Assembly (NCBI GenBank): GCA_963708025.1
Contig: CAVPSB010000018.1
Location: 448,001-512,000 of the forward strand
Length of the DNA: 64,000 bases
Direction: 5' to 3'
Origin: an uncultured Candidatus Rokubacteria bacterium
GTDB taxonomy: Bacteria; Methylomirabilota; Methylomirabilia; Rokubacteriales; DASRDR01
Made by a program: the position numbers and the translations under genes. The notes under the pieces are model-generated. The model saw only the letters and a list, made by a program, of their open reading frames with translations. It made no database searches and was not told the DNA's origin. Positions 50,210 through 62,964 of this stretch are shown here, in pieces; position 1 is the first letter of the stretch, and each line of letters starts with the position of its first letter.

Positions 50210-51250
50210 TCACGCCGCGCCGTCGGGAACGAGCACGAGAGTGCCGAACGCCTCACGCTGCTCCAGCACCCGATGCGCTTCCCCGGCCCGCGCCAGCGGC
50301 AGCGTCTCGTGAACGACCGCCTGCAGATCCCCCTGGGCCGCCAGGTCCAGCACCCGTTCCAGATCGGCGCGGCTCGCCGCGAACGAGCCGATGAGACTGA
50401 TCTGCTTGGCGAAGAGCGGCCAGAGGTCGAGGCTTACCCGTGATCCGGTATGCGCGCCGCACGTGACGAGCCGGCCCATCGGGGCGAGGGAGCGCACGCT
50501 GTCGTCCCAGGTGGCGGCCCCCACGTGCTCGAACACCAGGCTGACCCCCCGCCCGCCCGTGGCCGCGCGAACCTGGCGCCACCAGCCGGGCTGGCTGTGG
50601 TCGATGACGACATCGGCGCCCAGCGCCTTCGCCTTCTCGCGCTTCCCCGCGCTGCCCGCGGTAACCAGAACCCGGGCGCCGTGCCGGCGCGCGATCTGGA
50701 CCGCGTAGACGCCGACACCACTCCCCGCGGCGACGACCAGCACGTCATCCCCGGGCCGCACCTCGGCCCGACGCACGAGCATGTGCCAGGCGGTGGCACC
50801 AGCCGCGGCGATGGCCGCCGCCGTCACGAAGCTCGCCGCCGGCGCCAACCGCAGGAGGCGGCCGGCGGGCGCCACGGCGTACTCGGCGTAACCGCCCTCC
50901 GTGTCGAACCCGAAGACCCGCGCGCCGGCGCAGAGGTTGTCCTCACCACTGCTGCACATGGGGCACGAGCCGCAGTAGAGCACGGGGTTGACCAGGATGC
51001 GGTCCCCGACCTTCCAGTCCGTGACGGCATCCCCGAGGACGGCCACCTCGCCGGCCACCTCGCCCCCCGGGGTGTGCGGGAGGCCACCCTTGCCCTTGAT
51101 CTGGCCGGCCCGCGACAGCAGGTCAGCCCGATTCACGCCGCAGGCCCGCACGCGCACCAGCACCTCGCCCGGGCCCGGCACCGGCACCGGGATGCGGTCC
51201 AGCCGAAGGGCGTCCCAGCTGCCGAATTCATGGAAGCGCACCGCCTGCAT
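50210..51250 (-). CDS. Zinc-binding MDR dehydrogenase/quinone oxidoreductase
   Basis: GEVLVRVRACGVNRAD, GGEVAG, CGSCPMC...C, AAGSGVG. Confidence 0.92.
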   Translation of the reverse strand: MQAVRFHEFGSWDALRLDRIPVPVPGPGEVLVRVRACGVNRADLLSRAGQIKGKGGLPHTPGGEVAGEVAVLGDAVTDWKVGDRILVNPVLYCGSCPMCSSGEDNLCAGARVFGFDTEGGYAEYAVAPAGRLLRLAPAASFVTAAAIAAAGATAWHMLVRRAEVRPGDDVLVVAAGSGVGVYAVQIARRHGARVLVTAGSAGKREKAKALGADVVIDHSQPGWWRQVRAATGGRGVSLVFEHVGAATWDDSVRSLAPMGRLVTCGAHTGSRVSLDLWPLFAKQISLIGSFAASRADLERVLDLAAQGDLQAVVHETLPLARAGEAHRVLEQREAFGTLVLVPDGAA

Positions 51251-52152
51251 CAACCTGGCCACGGGGGTCCCTCGCCCGTCTCCACGGCTCCGGCGCCGGT
51301 CCCCTGTCCCGCCCCGGGGTTTCGACTCCAGTAGGGCTGCAGTGACGCCCACGCCTGCCTCGCCTGCTGACCGGGCGGCAGCCGCCGCAGTTCGGCCGAG
51401 AGGACCTCGACGCTGACGACACCGTCGAAGCCGACGGCCGCCATCACCTCGACGAACCCGTCGAGGGGGAAGACGCCCTGGCCCGGCAGGACACGGCGGT
51501 GCCGGCTCTCGTACGCGAGGTCGTCGGTCACTCTTGGGGGCGCGTCGTTGAACTGCAGGTACGCGATCTCATGGCGCTCGAGCTGCCGCAGGCCGTGCCA
51601 CGAGTTGGCTCCGCGAAAGAACATCCACGTGTCCAGGAGCAACCCACATCGATCCCAGCCGAGCGCTGCGCACAACTCCCGCGCCATGTCGAGGGTTGAC
51701 ACCGCCCCGTACGGCAGGAACTCGACCGCGAGTCGCACGCCCGCCTCGTTGAGCACGTCGGCACAGCGAGCGAGTCGGTGCCGCACCGCGGGGCCGGGCG
51801 GGAGATCGATGGCGGTCGCGCAGAGCCTGGCGCCGGTGGCCGTGGCCAGCCCGGCCAGGCGGCGAGCGGCCTCGACTTCCCCGGCCTGCTCGCCGATACG
51901 AAGCACGCCGACATCCGGGCACCTCAGCGCGTAGGCCTCCAGCAGCGCGCTCAGCCTGTGCAGGTCTCCTCCATGGTCGAGATAGTCCTGCACCGAGAAG
52001 TTGTCGAGACCGACGCAGCGGAAGCCCCCGTGGGTGGCGGCATCGAGAACCACGTCGAGGGGGTGCAGCACGCTTGGGACCGGCACGCTCTCGGCACCGG
52101 TCATCCCGGGTAGGAGCACGGTGTTCAAGGCCGGGAACGACAGTTCGGCCAT
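51250..52152 (-). CDS. Sugar phosphate isomerase/epimerase-like TIM barrel (AP endonuclease 2 family)
   Basis: LAVEFLP, LLLDTW, QFND, RVLPGQG, SVEVLS. Confidence 0.85.
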   Translation of the reverse strand: MAELSFPALNTVLLPGMTGAESVPVPSVLHPLDVVLDAATHGGFRCVGLDNFSVQDYLDHGGDLHRLSALLEAYALRCPDVGVLRIGEQAGEVEAARRLAGLATATGARLCATAIDLPPGPAVRHRLARCADVLNEAGVRLAVEFLPYGAVSTLDMARELCAALGWDRCGLLLDTWMFFRGANSWHGLRQLERHEIAYLQFNDAPPRVTDDLAYESRHRRVLPGQGVFPLDGFVEVMAAVGFDGVVSVEVLSAELRRLPPGQQARQAWASLQPYWSRNPGAGQGTGAGAVETGEGPPWPG

Positions 52153-52472
52153 CAGCTCCGGAAGAGCTCCACCTCTTCTCCCATGACGGCGATCCGGCGC
52201 CCCCGCATGTCCCCCACGTGCGCGACCGCCGCGGCCCACTCCGGGCTCTTCAGCGCCCGCTGGAGATCCTCGGCCGAGTCGAAGCTCAGGCACGACAGGC
52301 CGTCCCAGCCCTCGGAGCGAGGCTCGAAAGCGCGGTCGATGGCCGTGTGTCGCCAGGCCCGCAGCCCCGGCAGACGGTACGTCAGCTCGGCGTGCGGCCC
52401 CCGCCACCAGGTGATGAACTGCTCGTGACTCCAGTCCGCCGGACGGGCCGCCAAGAGAACGAGGTTGTACAT
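52152..52472 (-). CDS. EthD family protein
   Basis: WSHEQFITWW..PH..L...LPGL...WDG...F.S. Confidence 0.85.
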   Translation of the reverse strand: MYNLVLLAARPADWSHEQFITWWRGPHAELTYRLPGLRAWRHTAIDRAFEPRSEGWDGLSCLSFDSAEDLQRALKSPEWAAAVAHVGDMRGRRIAVMGEEVELFRS

Positions 52473-52526
52473 CTCTGGTCCCCTCCATGCTGTGCGGTGG
52501 CTAGGCTCCGGCTATCGCCCTTCGGA

Positions 52527-53381
52527 TCAGCGGTGGCGGCTCGTTGTCACGTCGTCCGCCTCGCGTCTGGTGGGCGGCCGGCCACGGCGCGGCACGCCGG
52601 GCTCGCAGTAGAAGCTGACGTAGCGCGCGATGCGGCCGTCGTCGTCGAGGCTCAGGCTCGAGATGAAGCCGCCCGTTCCCCCGCCCGGCAGATCCTCCAC
52701 GACGCCTTCCAGCAGGCAGTTCGGCCCACGCTGGAGACAGACCTCGATCCGGTGCGTGAAGCTGCGCTTGCCCCGGGCCTCGAACGCGGCGAGGAGCTCG
52801 TGATGACCACGGAACTCGACCCGCCGGTTGCTGGTGATGCCGGTGTGCCGGTACGGAGGATGCGAGTAGAGCACGTCGTGGCTGAAGCAGTGCACGGCCT
52901 CGACGAACGCTCCGCGGTCGAGCGCCGCGAAGTATCGATGCAGCACCTCGGCGGCGTCGGCCGAGGCGCCGGCCGGAGCCTCCACCCGCGGGCCGGGCGC
53001 GACCGCGGGCGTACACATGTACGCGAGGTACCGCTCCATCAGGCCGGTGCCGTCGAGCTGAAGGCTGGCAGTGAACGTGGCCGAGGCCTCGCCGGTCGGC
53101 GCGTCGCGCACCACGCCCTCGACTAGGCACGACGCGCCGTCGCTGACACACAGGAGGACCTCGTGCCGACGGGGCTGGACCCCCCGCTCCTCGAACAGCG
53201 CCCTCAGCGCGCTTCGACCTTCCACTTCGTTGCGCGGATCCACTTCGTGCGCGCCGCGCCGCGGCACGGCGTACCGAACATCGCTCGAGAAGCTGTTCGC
53301 CGCGTCGTCGAATCGGCCGTTGTCGAGCGCGGTGTAGTAGGTGGCGAGCCGTTCCGGCACTGCATCGCCGAGCGTGGTCAT
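52527..53381 (-). CDS. Tandem NTF2/SnoaL-like domain protein
   Basis: Two repeats of Y(Y/F)xALD.G.F...FS.DV.Y. Confidence 0.8.
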   Translation of the reverse strand: MTTLGDAVPERLATYYTALDNGRFDDAANSFSSDVRYAVPRRGAHEVDPRNEVEGRSALRALFEERGVQPRRHEVLLCVSDGASCLVEGVVRDAPTGEASATFTASLQLDGTGLMERYLAYMCTPAVAPGPRVEAPAGASADAAEVLHRYFAALDRGAFVEAVHCFSHDVLYSHPPYRHTGITSNRRVEFRGHHELLAAFEARGKRSFTHRIEVCLQRGPNCLLEGVVEDLPGGGTGGFISSLSLDDDGRIARYVSFYCEPGVPRRGRPPTRREADDVTTSRHR

Positions 53382-54562
53382 GGCATCTCCTTCTTGGGAC
53401 GCGACCCCGGTGTGGATGCCCAGGGACCGGCCAGCTCCGATCGACCCGGCCACCCCTGTGCCTCGCCGGCCTCCGGGGTTCCGCCGCCGCCGCCGGTGCG
53501 CAGACGATCCCGCAACGCGGCCCCCAGCGCCCGGTGGTGGCGGCGCTGGTCCCCCCAGGCCGCCTGCAGGGTGAGCGCACGCTTGAGGTAGAGATGAAGG
53601 TCCAGCTCTTCCGTGAACCCGATCCCCCCGTGGACTTGCAAGGCGCTCTCGACGGCCTGCCGCCCGCTGCGCGAGGCGTAGGCCTTCGCGATGCGCGCGA
53701 TCCGGGCCGCTTCCGGGCCGACCTGCTTCGCCAGGAGCACCTGGCTCAGATAGCAGATGCTGCGCAGCGTCCGGCACCGCATCGCCACGTCAGCCAGCTC
53801 GTGCTGCACGGCCTGAAAGCTGCCGATGGGGCGACCGAACTGCGTCCGCTGCCGCGCGTACTCGACGGACATGTCCAGCACCCGCTCGCCGATACCGAGG
53901 AGCTCTGCGGCCACCATGGCCCAGGCGTGCATCTCGACGGAACCGAGAAGGGCCCGCGCCGGCTCCCCACGGGCCAGGACGCCATTCACCGCGGCTCCGT
54001 CCGCCGAGATCACGCACGGCCGGTCGGCGCAGTCCGCGCTCGGCAGGCGGCGGATCGTGAGCCCCGGCGCCGGCGGCTGCACCGCGACGACGACCGGCGC
54101 CTCGCCGTCCCACGCGACGAGCACCAGCCAGTCCGCGACGTCGGCGAACGGGGCCACGACCGCACGGCCGGTGAGTGCGCCACGCGCCACGGTCAGTCGG
54201 TCGGCCGGGCCTTTGACCGGACCGCCGGGACGGCCCATCGCGATGACCGGGGCGTCCCCCCGAAGCCCACCGCACCGCTGCAGCACCGGACGCCAGAACA
54301 TGGTCTCGAACACCGGGCCCGGAAAGAGCGCCCGCCCGACCTCCTCCAGCAGGGCGCCCGCCTCCACCGCTCCGAGACCCGGCCCGCCCTCGGACTCGGG
54401 CACCAGGAGGTCGAACCAGCCGAGCCGTGCCGCCTCGAACCACCGCTCCCGCGGGAAGCCGTCCCGAAGGGACCGCAGCGCCTCGGATGTCCACGCGTCC
54501 GTCAGGAAGGCGCGAGCGGCGGCCGCCACCTGGCGCTGGACGTCGTTTCGCTCGAGCGCCAT
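53378..54562 (-). CDS. Acyl-CoA dehydrogenase, small/non-catalytic-type subunit
   Basis: EEVGRAL.PGP, RTQFGRPIGSFQAVQH, QVHGGIGFTEE. Confidence 0.9.
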   Translation of the reverse strand: MALERNDVQRQVAAAARAFLTDAWTSEALRSLRDGFPRERWFEAARLGWFDLLVPESEGGPGLGAVEAGALLEEVGRALFPGPVFETMFWRPVLQRCGGLRGDAPVIAMGRPGGPVKGPADRLTVARGALTGRAVVAPFADVADWLVLVAWDGEAPVVVAVQPPAPGLTIRRLPSADCADRPCVISADGAAVNGVLARGEPARALLGSVEMHAWAMVAAELLGIGERVLDMSVEYARQRTQFGRPIGSFQAVQHELADVAMRCRTLRSICYLSQVLLAKQVGPEAARIARIAKAYASRSGRQAVESALQVHGGIGFTEELDLHLYLKRALTLQAAWGDQRRHHRALGAALRDRLRTGGGGGTPEAGEAQGWPGRSELAGPWASTPGSRPKKEMP

Positions 54563-54567
54563 CGTGC

Positions 54568-55728
54568 CTATCCCCGGGGGAGCCCCAGCAGCCGCTGGGC
54601 GACGATCGTCCGCTGGATCTGCGAGGTGCCTCCGTAGATGGACGCCGCCCGCGAGAAGAGATAGTCGTGGAGCCACCGGGCGCGGTCCAGGACCGAGCCG
54701 TCGAGCGCGGTGGCGGTGCGCGGGTCCTCCAGGAGCTCCAGCGCCAGCGCGAAGAGCCCCTGGTCGGTCTCCGTCAGCAGGAGCTTCTCGATGGAGGTCT
54801 CCTCGCCGAGCGCCCCATCCCGGATCCGATCGACGGTCCGGTAGCCCTGGGCCTGCATCACTTCTACGAGCACCTCGCATTCGCCGAGCCGCTCCAGCAC
54901 GGTCGCGTCGTCCAGGTCCGGGTGGTCCTCGTCGAGGAGTTGCTGCATCAGCTCGTCCAGGGCCACCCGGAACTCGACCTGGCGCCGGAGCGCCGCCGGA
55001 CCCCGCTCGTGCTGGAGGGTGTCCATGGTCACCGCCCAGCCGCCATGAAGCGGGCCCAGCACATTCTCCAGCGGGACGCGGACCTCGTCCAGGAAGATCT
55101 CGCTGAATTCCTCGTCGCCGGTCATCTGGACGATGGGCCGGACGGTGATGCCGGGACTCCGCATGTTCACCAGGAGGTAGCTGATCCCCGCGTGCCGGGG
55201 GCGGTCGGGATCGGTGCGGGCAAGGACGGCGCACCACTCGGCGTACTGAGCCCACGTGGTCCAGACCTTGTGGCCGGTCACCACGAGCGCGTCGCCGTCC
55301 GCGGTCGCCCGGGTCCGGAGCGACGCCAGGTCGGAGCCCGCGCCCGGCTCCGAGAACCCCTGGCACCACAGCTCGTCGCCGCGCAGGAGCGGGGCGACGT
55401 GCCGGCGCCGCTGCGCCTCGGTTCCGAAGCCCAGGATCGTCGGACCCACGACCTCCAGGCTGACGAGTCCGACCGGCGGCGGCGCCTTGGCCCGGGCCAT
55501 CTCCTGGTTGAAGATGATCTGGTCGATGGCCGAGCCGCCCTGCCCCCCGTACTCGCGCGGCCAGCCGAGGCCCACCCAGCCGGCATCGTAGAGCTGCCGC
55601 TGCCAGGCGCGCAGCACCCGGTGCCGGCCGGCCAGGTCCTTCGGAAGCAGGCCGGGGCGGTTCCGCGCCAGCCAGTCGCGGGCGCTGACACGGAGCGCTT
55701 CCTGCTCGGGCGTGAACGAGAGGTCCGA
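54568..55728 (-). CDS. Acyl-CoA dehydrogenase, large subunit (start codon position reads TCG)
   Basis: WCQGFSEPGAGSDLASL, GHKVWT, TLQHER, SIYGGTSQIQR. Confidence 0.9.
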   Translation of the reverse strand, partial: SDLSFTPEQEALRVSARDWLARNRPGLLPKDLAGRHRVLRAWQRQLYDAGWVGLGWPREYGGQGGSAIDQIIFNQEMARAKAPPPVGLVSLEVVGPTILGFGTEAQRRRHVAPLLRGDELWCQGFSEPGAGSDLASLRTRATADGDALVVTGHKVWTTWAQYAEWCAVLARTDPDRPRHAGISYLLVNMRSPGITVRPIVQMTGDEEFSEIFLDEVRVPLENVLGPLHGGWAVTMDTLQHERGPAALRRQVEFRVALDELMQQLLDEDHPDLDDATVLERLGECEVLVEVMQAQGYRTVDRIRDGALGEETSIEKLLLTETDQGLFALALELLEDPRTATALDGSVLDRARWLHDYLFSRAASIYGGTSQIQRTIVAQRLLGLPRG

Positions 55729-55742
55729 GGGATCCCCCTGGA

Positions 55743-56933
55743 TCAGCCGCGCGTCGCGATCACCGTGGAGCTGGCGCCGAAGAGGCCGTAGACCTGGCTG
55801 AGTCCGGCGTTGGCGCCGCCGACTTGACGGCCGCCCGCCTGGCCCGAGAGCTGCCACACCAGCTCGCACACCTGCGCCAGCCCCTGGGCGGCCACCGCCT
55901 CGCTCAGCGACGAGAGCCCCCCGCTGGGGCACACCGGCAGCGTACCGCCGATCCGCAGCGCCCCGGCCCGGAGCAGCGCCTCGGCCTTGCCGGGCTCGCA
56001 CAGATCGAGGGCTTCCAGGTAGGCGAGGACGTGCCACGCGGAATTGTCCGGCAACTCGACGAAGTCGATCTCCCGGGGACCGAGGCTGGCGGCCTCGTAG
56101 GCTCGGACGGCGGCCTGCCGACTCTCGCTCAGCGACGGACCACGCTTGCCGGTGGCCGCGGCCAGCATCGGCATCCGGATGCTCGGATCGTCGAAGACGG
56201 CGGTGCCGATGGTGGCGGCCCGCAGGTGCACCCCGGTGCTGCCGCGCTCCCGGGCGACCCGATCGCGGCAGAGCACCACGGCGGCCGCCCCGTCACCGGT
56301 GGCGCACAGCTCGAGCAGGCGCAGTGGGTCACACACCATGGGCGAGGCCAGCACTTCCTCGAGGGTGAAGCGCTTGCGGAAGCGCGCCAGCGTGTTCAGG
56401 CTGCCGTGCTCGCTGAGGAGCACCTTGACGGCGGCCAGGTCTTCCGCGGTAGTGCCGTACTCCGCCATGCGGCGCCGGCACTCCAGGGCCCAGTAGGCCG
56501 GGTTCGAGGCGCCCACCGCCTTCCAGCGCAGATCGTCAACGTCGAGCGGCAGCTTGACCACTCCGGGCACCTGGGGAAGAAAGCCGTCGGGAGACTTGTC
56601 CACGCCCACTGCAACGGCGATGTCCACGGAGCCCGAGGCGATCTCCAGATAGGCGCTGCGGAGCGCCGTCCCGGCACTCGCGCAGGCCGCGAAGCTGTTG
56701 GTGACCGGCACGCCGGTCTCTCCGAGCGCGTAGACGAGCTGGTTCCCGGCCATCGCGCCCGGCAGCCCACCCCAGATGTGGATACTCGCACCGAGGAAGC
56801 CGACCTCCCGCCACAGGATGCCGGCGTGTCCCAGGGCGCGCTGCACGGCGTCCACCCCCAGGTCGATGAAGGTCTTGTCCGGGAATTTCCCCCAGGGGTG
56901 CATCCCCACGCCCATGACGACCACCGCGCTCAT
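55743..56933 (-). CDS. SCP2/lipid-transfer-type thiolase (Ltp2/BbsB-like)
   Basis: GVGMHPWGK, ACASAG, GDGAAA, PSGGL.S...AAQGLAQV. Confidence 0.88.
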   Translation of the reverse strand: MSAVVVMGVGMHPWGKFPDKTFIDLGVDAVQRALGHAGILWREVGFLGASIHIWGGLPGAMAGNQLVYALGETGVPVTNSFAACASAGTALRSAYLEIASGSVDIAVAVGVDKSPDGFLPQVPGVVKLPLDVDDLRWKAVGASNPAYWALECRRRMAEYGTTAEDLAAVKVLLSEHGSLNTLARFRKRFTLEEVLASPMVCDPLRLLELCATGDGAAAVVLCRDRVARERGSTGVHLRAATIGTAVFDDPSIRMPMLAAATGKRGPSLSESRQAAVRAYEAASLGPREIDFVELPDNSAWHVLAYLEALDLCEPGKAEALLRAGALRIGGTLPVCPSGGLSSLSEAVAAQGLAQVCELVWQLSGQAGGRQVGGANAGLSQVYGLFGASSTVIATRG

Positions 56934-57373
56934 GGCCGGCCTTCCCGCGCCAGCTCGAATCCCCAGCCGATCACGTCACGACCCCGCTCGTCCCGGTAGA
57001 GGGAGGCCGGACGCAGCGTCGCCGCCGTGCCGATCCGCATCTCGCCCCCGTCCCAGCCCAGCACCTGGCCCAGCACGCCGATCCCCAGGTCGTACTCCAC
57101 GAGGACGATGGGGATGGGCACGAAGGGCGTCCGCTGGCCGAAGGGACCGGGCGGCGGATAGTGCTGCACCGTGTAGCTCACGAGCCGGCCTGTCCCCTCC
57201 AGGTGTTCGGTCGCCGTCGCCACCTGGACGCAGTCGGGATTCTTGCACCACTCCCGCCGGGGAAAAGAGACGTCGCGGCACTTGGGGCAGACCGACACGA
57301 TGAGCCGGATGCCATCCCCCCCGGCTGTCCAGTCGAGGAGGCCCTCGGCGACGAATACCCGCGCGTCAGCCAC
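56930..57373 (-). CDS. DUF35 Zn-ribbon + OB-fold protein (ChsH2/BbsA-like)
   Basis: CPKC...FP....C..PDC, G.LVSYTV; coupled to the thiolase. Confidence 0.88.
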   Translation of the reverse strand: MADARVFVAEGLLDWTAGGDGIRLIVSVCPKCRDVSFPRREWCKNPDCVQVATATEHLEGTGRLVSYTVQHYPPPGPFGQRTPFVPIPIVLVEYDLGIGVLGQVLGWDGGEMRIGTAATLRPASLYRDERGRDVIGWGFELAREGRP

Positions 57374-58904
57374 CGCTCGGCCCACCTTCCTGCGCGATCC
57401 GCTGCCGCAGGAGCTTCTTGTCGACCTTGCCGAACTCGGTCTTGGGCAAGCGATCCACGAGCTGGAGGAACTCGGGCCACTTGTACTTGGCCATGCCCTG
57501 GCCCTCCAGGTGGGCGACCAGCTCCGCCAGGCTGGGCTGCTGGCCCGGCCGCGGCACCAGGACGGCGCAGATGCGCTCCCCCAGCCGCGGATCCGGGCGC
57601 CCCACGACCGCGACCTCCAGCACGGCCGGGTGCCGGCTCAGGGCCAGCTCCACCTCCGCCGGGTCCATGTTGAGCCCCCCGCGGATGATCTGATCCTTCA
57701 CCCGGCCCACGATGCGGACGAACCCCTCCTCGTCTCGCACGAGGAGGTCGCCGGTGAGCAAGGCGCCGTCGGGGGTCATCTTCGTCTGCTCGGCGCCGAG
57801 CCCGGGCACGTACCCCCTGAAGAGCGACGGCCCCCGCACACCCGCCTGCCCGACCTGCCCGCGCGGCAGCACGCGGCCGTTCTCGTCGTAGGCCTCCAGC
57901 GTGGTGCCCGGGAATGGCACGCCGTCGTAATGGAGCTTGCGCTCGGGCGGGTCGGAGAGACGCGGCGACGCGTGACCGAGGCACTCGGACATGCCGAACA
58001 TGCGCAACGCCTCGAGGCCCAGCCGCTCCTTCGCGAGCTGGATCAGCTCCGCGGAGTTGGCGCTGCCGCCCACGGCCATGGCCCTCATGGAGGTGAGCGG
58101 CTGGGTCCACTGCCCCGAACGCGCCAGCTCGACCATGGCGTGCAGGTGAGAGGGGACGCCCATGGCCCAGGCGCAGCCGTGCTCGGTGATGAGCTCCAGG
58201 GCGCGCCGCGGATCCCACTCGCTCATGATGACGAGCGGAAACCCGTACGCCAGGGACATGTGGCCGTTGAAGGTCCAGCCGGGCGCCGAGCCGAACGGAG
58301 AGATGTTGAGGATGGGTTCCCCGGGCTGGACCCCGGCGATGGCGGCGCACGCCTTGGCGGCGTAGTTGAGAGCGCTGGCGCCGTGCTGCACCGCCTTCGG
58401 CACGCCGGTCGTCCCGGCGGTGAACCCGATGAGGCTCAGCGGGTCTTCCTCGTCCGGCGTCGCCCGGCCGGCGGCCGGTAGCGTCCCCGCGCGGCCCCAC
58501 TGCACGTACAGCGGCCCGTCCACGCTCGGAAGGGCAGCGCCCTCGCCGCGCTCCCGGGAGATCATGGCCATCGGGGCCAGCCGCTCGATGATCACCCGGC
58601 GGTCGTTCCGGTCGAGCTTCGGACTCTGGGGGCAGAAGACGGCGCCGAGCCGGGAGACGGCCAGCCCCACGACGAGGCTGTCGACCGAGTTGTGCGCCTC
58701 GGCCAGGATCCGATGACCCTGGCCGACCCCGTGGGCCGACAGGAGCCCGGCCAGCTCCTCGGAACGCTGGGCCAGCTCCCGGCGCCTCGCCCGCCGTGGA
58801 CCCGCGATGGCCGCGACGGCCTCCGGCTGCGCCGCCAGGAGTTCCGAGAACAGCGTCCAGAGCCCATCGGTCCGCCACGCGATGCCGTCAGCCTTGTGCT
58901 CCAT
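57366..58904 (-). CDS. Acyl-CoA ligase (cyclohexanecarboxylate-CoA ligase-like)
   Basis: FTAGTTGVPK, FGMSE, TGDL, GRVKDQIIRGG, LPKTEFGKVDK. Confidence 0.92.
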   Translation of the reverse strand: MEHKADGIAWRTDGLWTLFSELLAAQPEAVAAIAGPRRARRRELAQRSEELAGLLSAHGVGQGHRILAEAHNSVDSLVVGLAVSRLGAVFCPQSPKLDRNDRRVIIERLAPMAMISRERGEGAALPSVDGPLYVQWGRAGTLPAAGRATPDEEDPLSLIGFTAGTTGVPKAVQHGASALNYAAKACAAIAGVQPGEPILNISPFGSAPGWTFNGHMSLAYGFPLVIMSEWDPRRALELITEHGCAWAMGVPSHLHAMVELARSGQWTQPLTSMRAMAVGGSANSAELIQLAKERLGLEALRMFGMSECLGHASPRLSDPPERKLHYDGVPFPGTTLEAYDENGRVLPRGQVGQAGVRGPSLFRGYVPGLGAEQTKMTPDGALLTGDLLVRDEEGFVRIVGRVKDQIIRGGLNMDPAEVELALSRHPAVLEVAVVGRPDPRLGERICAVLVPRPGQQPSLAELVAHLEGQGMAKYKWPEFLQLVDRLPKTEFGKVDKKLLRQRIAQEGGPSGG

Positions 58905-58914
58905 CGGCGTTCCC

Positions 58915-60285
58915 CTATCCGGTCAACGGGCTCGCGTCCCGCGCGGTGCCGCCCTGGGCCCACCCGGCTGTCTGCGCCGCCCGGAGGCCGAAGGTGAGGG
59001 CGAGCGCCAGCCCGCCCGCATAGCCGAACTTGTAGACGTCGCCGACGTCGGCGCCCGCGGCGAAGAGGCCGCGAATCGGCCGTCCGGCGGCATCCAGTAC
59101 CCGCGCCGCTTCGTCCACGCGCAGCCCGCCGTGCGTGAACGTGATGGCCGGCTCGACGACCAGCGCGTAGTACGGCGGCTGGTCCATCGGGCGCAGGAAG
59201 TGCGACCGCGGCGGACTCAGGCGCTCCGGCGCCTCCCGGGCGTCTCGGTTGTACTCCCGGATCGTCCGGACCGCCCGCTCGCCGTCGAACCCCCACCGCG
59301 ACGCCGCGGCGGCCAGGTCCGACAGCGCCGGCACCCGGGCGCCCAGGGAGCCGTGCTCCAAGGCGACCTGCAGCTTGTCCTCCGCGGGGACGCCCTGCAC
59401 GAACGGCTTGACGACGTGCTCGGCCTGGACGTAGGCGTCCCAGACCAGGAGACCGCGCGCGTGCGACTCGAAGACCAGCATGTCGGTGCTGTAGAAGTCG
59501 CCACGGCTCTCGTCGGTGAACCGGAGCCCCGCCTCGTTGAGCAGAATCGAGTAGTCGCTCTGGTACTGGGAGAGGGATCCGAAGCGCTCCGGGTTGTCCA
59601 GACGCGCAGGCGAGCAGACCAGGTGGCCGTAGAAGCCGGGGTTGTCTCCGGCCCAGACGCCGCCGGCCTGCTGGGCGAGACGGATGCCGTCGCCGGTGCT
59701 GTAGTGATTCGAGCGGAGCGGGATCGTGCGGGCGTTCGGGTGGATGCGCTCCGCGCGCAGATCGGGGTCGCCCTGGTAGCCCCCGGTGGCGACGAGCGTC
59801 GCCGGCGCCTCCGCGTCGACGGCGCCGCTGGGATCGAGGATGCGGGCCCCCCGGACGGCGCCGGCGGTGTCCTGAATCAGCCGCTCCACGCGGGCGCTGA
59901 CCACCAGATGGCCGCCGTGGGACTCGATCGTCGTGATACACCCCTTGAAATGGCTCTCCACGTCGATCTGGTAGCCCCGTCCGTGCAGGACGGGAATCGG
60001 CGGGGACATGCCCACGCCTCTCGCGCGGAGCCAGGTGATGGCCTCGGCGTAGCTCTCCACCACCACGCGTCCGAGCCTGGGATCGCCCTCGTTGTTGCTG
60101 CGCATCATCCACTCGGCCGGAACCGTCCACAGGTAGCCGCCGGACAGCAGGGCCGACCCGCCGGGCTCCGGCGCCTTCTCGACGACCAGGACCCGTGCCC
60201 CCGCCTCGGCGGCCCGCGCCCCGGCCGAGAGACCGGCCATCCCGGCCCCGATCACGAGGAGGTCACACTCGAGTCGGTCTGGCAT
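58915..60285 (-). CDS. FAD-dependent oxidoreductase, fumarate reductase/KstD/TcuA flavoprotein family
   Basis: GAGMAG, ATGG, TGDG, RFTDE, TFTHGGL, GLFAAG, GGLALALTFG. Confidence 0.88.
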   Translation of the reverse strand: MPDRLECDLLVIGAGMAGLSAGARAAEAGARVLVVEKAPEPGGSALLSGGYLWTVPAEWMMRSNNEGDPRLGRVVVESYAEAITWLRARGVGMSPPIPVLHGRGYQIDVESHFKGCITTIESHGGHLVVSARVERLIQDTAGAVRGARILDPSGAVDAEAPATLVATGGYQGDPDLRAERIHPNARTIPLRSNHYSTGDGIRLAQQAGGVWAGDNPGFYGHLVCSPARLDNPERFGSLSQYQSDYSILLNEAGLRFTDESRGDFYSTDMLVFESHARGLLVWDAYVQAEHVVKPFVQGVPAEDKLQVALEHGSLGARVPALSDLAAAASRWGFDGERAVRTIREYNRDAREAPERLSPPRSHFLRPMDQPPYYALVVEPAITFTHGGLRVDEAARVLDAAGRPIRGLFAAGADVGDVYKFGYAGGLALALTFGLRAAQTAGWAQGGTARDASPLTG

Positions 60286-60308
60286 CTGTCTGCTCCTGTC
60301 CGGAGGCG

Positions 60309-62951
<2,643 letters not shown>

Positions 62952-62964
62952 GCCGGTGTGCCGG

